Below, piece by piece: positions 55,568 through 60,056 of a stretch of DNA of 60,056 nt (position 1 is the stretch's first letter; each line of letters opens with the position of its first letter). Under the pieces are notes generated by a model that worked only from the letters and a program-made list of their open reading frames with translations, did not search any database and was not told the origin of the DNA. The stretch is taken from the NCBI GenBank assembly GCA_964443295.1, contig CAYUCH010000003.1:1-60056 (forward strand), read 5' to 3'. The stretch is from an uncultured Desulfobulbia bacterium. GTDB lineage: Bacteria; Desulfobacterota; Desulfobulbia; Desulfobulbales; CG2-30-60-27. A program made the translations under genes and the position numbers.

Positions 55568-57352
55568 TTACTCTTTCCAGTCCGGCCGAAGATGTAATTC
55601 CGTGAGTTGTTTTCTTGCAACTGAAGCAGGAGCTTCGGTGAGCGGACAGGTAGCTTTCTGGGTTTTTGGGAAGGCGATGACGTCACGGATGGAATCACTG
55701 CCGGTGAGGATCATCATCAACCGGTCAAGACCAAAGGCCAGGCCACCGTGGGGTGGAGCCCCAAGCTCCAATGCCTTGAGAAGGAAGTCAAACTTATCAG
55801 CCGCCTCTTCCTCGCTGATGTGCAAGGCACGAAACACCTTATCCTGCAGATCTTTCTGATGAATACGGATGGAGCCACCACCGATCTCAACACCGTTCAA
55901 CACCAAATCATAGGCTCGGGAAAGCACCTTGCCGGGATCGGTATCGAGAAGCTCATGATCCTCTTCACGGGGTGCGGTGAATGGATGATGCACTGCCGTA
56001 TGCCGTTTTTCATCATGATCATACTCAAGCAATGGGAAATCCGTTACCCAAAGGAATGAAAAGGTTCCTTCCTCGGTGAGATTAAGACGTCTGGCAAGTT
56101 CAAGGCGAAGTTCAGCCAGGGAATTGTGCACAACAGAAGGTGTGTCGGCCACAAAAAAGAGCAGATCACCGGGCTCGGCTTCCAAAGTTTTAGACATATC
56201 ATTGCGTTCTTCTTCAGTGAAGAATTTAGCAATGGGCGATTGCCACTCGCCATCTTCTTTGACCTTGACCCAGGCCAGGCCCTTGGCACCAAATGGCGCC
56301 ACATAGGCGGTCAAATCGTCCAAGTCCTTTCTGGAAAAAGTGGCGCAGCCTTTGGCGTTTATGGATTTGACCAAACCGCCGGACTCAACCACGGAACGGA
56401 AAACCTTAAAACCACAGTTGGCCACAACATCGGTGAGACTCACCAACTCCAAACCAAACCGCACATCGGGACGGTCGGTTCCAAAACGCTCCATGGCCTC
56501 TTCGTAGGTCATGCGTGCAAATGGCGGCTTAACATCAATATCCAATGTGGCCTCAAACAGAGCATCCATCATGCCTTCAGCCACTGAATAAACATCTTCC
56601 TCTTCAACAAAGGAGAGCTCCATATCGATCTGGGTAAATTCCGGTTGCCGATCGGCACGGAGGTCTTCATCGCGGAAACATTTGACAATCTGGTAGTACC
56701 GATCCATGCCGGACACCATGAGGAGTTGCTTGAACAACTGGGGTGATTGTGGAAGGGCAAAAAACTTACCGGCATTGACCCTGCTGGGTACAAGATAATC
56801 GCGGGCTCCTTCCGGTGTAGATCGGGTCAGTACAGGGGTTTCGATCTCAAGAAAATTCTGGTTATTTAAATAGGAGCGAATTGCCTGGCTTGCCTTGTGC
56901 CGCAAAATCAGGTTGCCCGCCATTTCCGGACGCCGAAGATCGAGATATCGATATTTAAGGCGCAAGCCATCAGATATCTCGACATCCTCATCCAATTGAA
57001 AAGGAGGAGTCTGGCTCTTATTGAGGATGCGCAGTTCATCAACAAGCACTTCTATCTCACCTGTAGCAAGGTTGGAATTAACCATGCCGTCTGGTCGTGC
57101 TTCAACATGGCCGCGCACCGCAAGCACCCATTCACTGCGTATTCCATGGGCCTTGGCATGGACCTCGGCATTCACTTCGGGATTGAATACCACCTGAGTA
57201 AGACCCCATCGATCCCTCAAGTCGATGAAAATAACACCGCCGTGATCTCGTCGCCTGAGCACCCAACCCATGAGAATGACTTCTTTGCCAATATCATCGG
57301 CACCGAGCTCCTTGCAGGAATGACTGCGTTTCAGTCCGCCCATGCTTTCCAT
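55568..57352 (-). CDS. aspS: Aspartate--tRNA ligase (probably non-discriminating Asp/Asn)
   Basis: [40 protein letters not shown]; His in RDHG and Gly in RPDG are typical of ND-AspRS. Confidence 0.98.
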   Translation of the reverse strand: MESMGGLKRSHSCKELGADDIGKEVILMGWVLRRRDHGGVIFIDLRDRWGLTQVVFNPEVNAEVHAKAHGIRSEWVLAVRGHVEARPDGMVNSNLATGEIEVLVDELRILNKSQTPPFQLDEDVEISDGLRLKYRYLDLRRPEMAGNLILRHKASQAIRSYLNNQNFLEIETPVLTRSTPEGARDYLVPSRVNAGKFFALPQSPQLFKQLLMVSGMDRYYQIVKCFRDEDLRADRQPEFTQIDMELSFVEEEDVYSVAEGMMDALFEATLDIDVKPPFARMTYEEAMERFGTDRPDVRFGLELVSLTDVVANCGFKVFRSVVESGGLVKSINAKGCATFSRKDLDDLTAYVAPFGAKGLAWVKVKEDGEWQSPIAKFFTEEERNDMSKTLEAEPGDLLFFVADTPSVVHNSLAELRLELARRLNLTEEGTFSFLWVTDFPLLEYDHDEKRHTAVHHPFTAPREEDHELLDTDPGKVLSRAYDLVLNGVEIGGGSIRIHQKDLQDKVFRALHISEEEAADKFDFLLKALELGAPPHGGLAFGLDRLMMILTGSDSIRDVIAFPKTQKATCPLTEAPASVARKQLTELHLRPDWKE

Positions 57353-57373
57353 TGTCTTACTCCTTTCTTTCCA

Positions 57374-58654
57374 TTAACCGTTTGCAACGCCTATACGGCT
57401 TGCTAAAACGGAGGACCATTCATTCAGGTCATCGTCCAGGGGCAAGGTTTCCTGATCGCCGGCATTCATATCCCGCAATACCACCTGCCGATTTTCCAAT
57501 TCATTATCACCCAGTATCATTACATAACGAGCTTTCAACTTGTCAGCTTGTTTCATCTGGCTCTTCAAACTTTTTCCACTATGATCCATAACAACTCGCA
57601 CGCCATTGGAACGTAGAGCGTGAGCCATGCAAAATCCTTCTCGAAGAGCATCATCTCCCAAGGCCACCACCATTAAATCAACCTCGGAACCACTTGCCTT
57701 TTGATCACCACCCTGCATCAGCAGTACGAGTCTTTCCACGCCCAGGGCAAAACCAATACCCGGCACCTTGGGACCACCCAATTGAGCAACCAGACCATCA
57801 TATCGCCCTCCGGCCCCAACTGCACTTTGAGCACCCAATTGGTCTGTGACTAATTCAAAAGTCGTCCGAGTATAATAATCCAGACCTCGTACCATGAATT
57901 TATTACGCTTGGCAGGGATATCGAGCATCTCAAGGCCTTGCTCCACCTTATGAAAATGATCGGCACACCCCTCACAGAGATGGTCATGAATAGCAGGAGC
58001 TTCCTGGTTCAACTCTTTGCACTGTTTAGACTTACAGTCCAAAACCCGTAAGGGATTCATCTCAAGACGTCGCACACAATCTTCACAGAGCTGATCTGCA
58101 TGGGCACGCAGGAAAGAGACCAACGCCTCTGTAAAAGCAGGCCGACATGCCGGGCACCCTAAGGAGTTAATCTCAAGACTCACTTTAATGCCCAACTCAC
58201 TGACTACCATCCAGGCCATGGCCATGACCTCAGCATCCAAGTGCGGATTATCAGCACCTAGAACTTCGGCTGAAAGTTGGTGAAATTGCCGGAGCCTCCC
58301 CTTTTGGGGACGCTCGTGACGAAACATGGGACCAATGGTATAGAGCCGTTGAACTGGACGCAGGCCATAGAGGTTGTGTTCCACATACGACCTCAAAACC
58401 GGCGCCGTACCCTCGGGACGCATGGTCAACATGGCACCGTTGCGATCCGGAAAGGTATACATTTCCTTTTCAACTATGTCTGTTGCCTCGCCAATGGAAC
58501 GCACAAAAAGATCCGTTTTTTCAAGAATGGGAACCTTGATCTCACTGAATCCGAAACGATGGAATATTTCCCGTCCTTTCTGTTCAATGCGTTGCCAATA
58601 ACCAACTTCGGCTGGCAATATATCTTTAAAACCTTTGAGGGCCTTTACTTTCAC
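57374..58654 (-). CDS. hisS: Histidine--tRNA ligase
   Basis: RPEGTA, FRHERPQKGRLRQF, VRGLDYY, GGRYD. Confidence 0.98.
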   Translation of the reverse strand: MKVKALKGFKDILPAEVGYWQRIEQKGREIFHRFGFSEIKVPILEKTDLFVRSIGEATDIVEKEMYTFPDRNGAMLTMRPEGTAPVLRSYVEHNLYGLRPVQRLYTIGPMFRHERPQKGRLRQFHQLSAEVLGADNPHLDAEVMAMAWMVVSELGIKVSLEINSLGCPACRPAFTEALVSFLRAHADQLCEDCVRRLEMNPLRVLDCKSKQCKELNQEAPAIHDHLCEGCADHFHKVEQGLEMLDIPAKRNKFMVRGLDYYTRTTFELVTDQLGAQSAVGAGGRYDGLVAQLGGPKVPGIGFALGVERLVLLMQGGDQKASGSEVDLMVVALGDDALREGFCMAHALRSNGVRVVMDHSGKSLKSQMKQADKLKARYVMILGDNELENRQVVLRDMNAGDQETLPLDDDLNEWSSVLASRIGVANG

Positions 58655-58730
58655 CCTGCTCTCCTTGCAATGATACTCTTTAAAAATTCGACTGAAACAA
58701 TCTGAAAATCGGTGATTTTAGAAGGGTGCG

Positions 58731-58759
58731 ACTTTATTCCAGACAGGACAAAAAGTCAA
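58731..58759 (-). promoter_or_regulatory. sigma70 promoter of hisS-aspS
   Basis: TTGACT-N17-TAAAGT. Confidence 0.65.
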
Positions 58760-58799
58760 GATAAGTGGTCAATCCATCGGAGTTTTTTGGGCGTATTAA

Positions 58800-59315
58800 T
58801 CAACTATTCAACCAATCCTCAATTTTCCTGGACCATCTGGCATACCCCTCATCACTGATATGAACCCCGTCAGGAAGGAGGCATTGTTCATCAACCCTGC
58901 CCTGTTCATCGAGAAATTCACCATAAAAATCCAGAAAAACAGCACCATAGTCCTGGGCAATACCGGCTAAGCGCTCATTCAACCGAGGCAAAGTGTCGGG
59001 AGCTATCCAGGGGAACTGCACCGGCATCAGGCTATTTACTCCTATCACCGTATCAGGCCAGGACTCTTTAAATCGGCCCAAAACTTCTTCGTAGGAGAAT
59101 ATGAACCCATAATCCTCCATGGCCACATTATTGATACCACTCATGATCAGCAACCGATCGGGCTGTTCCATTTTCTCAATCACCGAGTTAACCCGCCAGA
59201 GAAGCTCCTGCACCGTTTCACCGGACCTACCCAGATTCCAGACCTCATGATCCAGTAAGCGTTGCTGCCAGTCAAAATATTCAATCAGGGAATCACCAAT
59301 ACAGATAAGACGCAT
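58800..59315 (-). CDS. SGNH/GDSL hydrolase
   Basis: IGDSL, G.SGET, GIN, DGVH blocks. Confidence 0.93.
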   Translation of the reverse strand: MRLICIGDSLIEYFDWQQRLLDHEVWNLGRSGETVQELLWRVNSVIEKMEQPDRLLIMSGINNVAMEDYGFIFSYEEVLGRFKESWPDTVIGVNSLMPVQFPWIAPDTLPRLNERLAGIAQDYGAVFLDFYGEFLDEQGRVDEQCLLPDGVHISDEGYARWSRKIEDWLNS

Positions 59316-59376
59316 ACAGATTGCCTCTTTACAATCATTTGATAGTTTATCAACAAAGGTCGCACAATGCCATTTG

Positions 59377-60056
59377 TCAGGGAAGCGCTAACTCCCGGCA
59401 AAGCGTGGAAAAAGGCAGGTTCCTGACTTGATCCCGCTCATAATCCTGGTCGCCCAGATGGACCTGATAGAAACGAGGGATGTCCGTGCGTTCTTTAAAA
59501 TAATGGAGGGCCGGGTTGAGGCCACGCGGACTCTGTTTGCATTCCACCGCAAAGAGGGGGCTGCCCTCTTGGAGGACGACAAAGTCTACCTCCCGCCCAT
59601 CCGTATCTCGAAGATAACGGAGCTCCATCTTGTACCCCTCGCTGTCTTCCAAAAAATGACAATACTTCAAAAGATGGCAGGCGACCATATTTTCAAAGCG
59701 ACAACCTGACTCATCCACCAGCGACCAGTCCCACAGGTACAGTTTCTGCTCTTTCTTTACAGCCCGTATCCTGGGAGAACCATAGGGTGGAATACGAAAG
59801 CAATAGTACATTCTCTCAAAGATCTCTAGCCAGCGAACCACTGTTTCATGGGCAACCTGGAGGGCTTCCTTGACGTTTTTAATGGACAGGGGGGAACCGA
59901 CACGGTTGGGCAGCTCAGCAGCCAACAATTCCAGCAGGCTGATTTCCCGTACCTGTTCCAGGTCGCGAATATCTTCATAGATTACACGCTGGATACGTTC
60001 CCGTTGCCAGCGACGCCAAAACCGATCCTGACCCTTCAATAATGGTTCTGGAAAAC
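59377..60056 (-). CDS. AAA+ ATPase with C-terminal DUF4143/nuclease-fold domain (5' part outside the window)
   Basis: KLYLWD, FENMVACHL, YLRD.DGREVDFV, AVECK; frame open towards the window end. Confidence 0.85.
   Translation of the reverse strand, partial: FPEPLLKGQDRFWRRWQRERIQRVIYEDIRDLEQVREISLLELLAAELPNRVGSPLSIKNVKEALQVAHETVVRWLEIFERMYYCFRIPPYGSPRIRAVKKEQKLYLWDWSLVDESGCRFENMVACHLLKYCHFLEDSEGYKMELRYLRDTDGREVDFVVLQEGSPLFAVECKQSPRGLNPALHYFKERTDIPRFYQVHLGDQDYERDQVRNLPFSTLCRELALP

Noticed and set aside
232..59709. Numerous short antisense/overlapping ORFs in the ORF track
   Set aside because: They lie inside well-supported genes on the other strand or frame and show no recognisable motifs
59377..60056. 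AAA+/DUF4143 gene as the edge of a defence island
   Set aside because: Gene is truncated by the window, the family is widespread, and no partner genes are visible

Overview
A 60-kb chromosomal segment of a flagellated, anaerobic Desulfobacterota bacterium. Desulfobulbales-like is my inference from protein style and gene content. It is mostly housekeeping: mnmG, uppP, plsY, ppiD-like, polA, gatC, ettA, queH, bamD, trxB/trxA, aspS and hisS. It also holds an hcp nitrosative-stress operon with an HcpR/FNR-type box and a sigma54-driven flgF-G-A-H-I-J-N-K-L-csrA-fliW operon with a displaced flgM. Several c-di-GMP proteins are present. No rRNA, tRNA, CRISPR array, transposase or prophage is visible. 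Most notable observations: (1) a three-gene porin / 10-heme / 13-heme-lipoprotein cluster resembling the Geobacter Omb-Oma-Omc electron conduit, with a structured repeat-rich upstream region. (2) A tandem pair of secreted mono-heme cytochromes c that both end TGA + second stop followed by the same GC hairpin, possibly C-terminal selenocysteine with a SECIS, each preceded by the 3' end of an AraC gene. (3) A dispersed family of 100-160 bp hairpin elements with conserved ends and centre but divergent, co-varying arms. (4) A stand-alone T7 gp4/Twinkle-like primase-helicase with degenerate primase motifs outside any phage context. All family calls come from motif recognition by eye; no database search was run.
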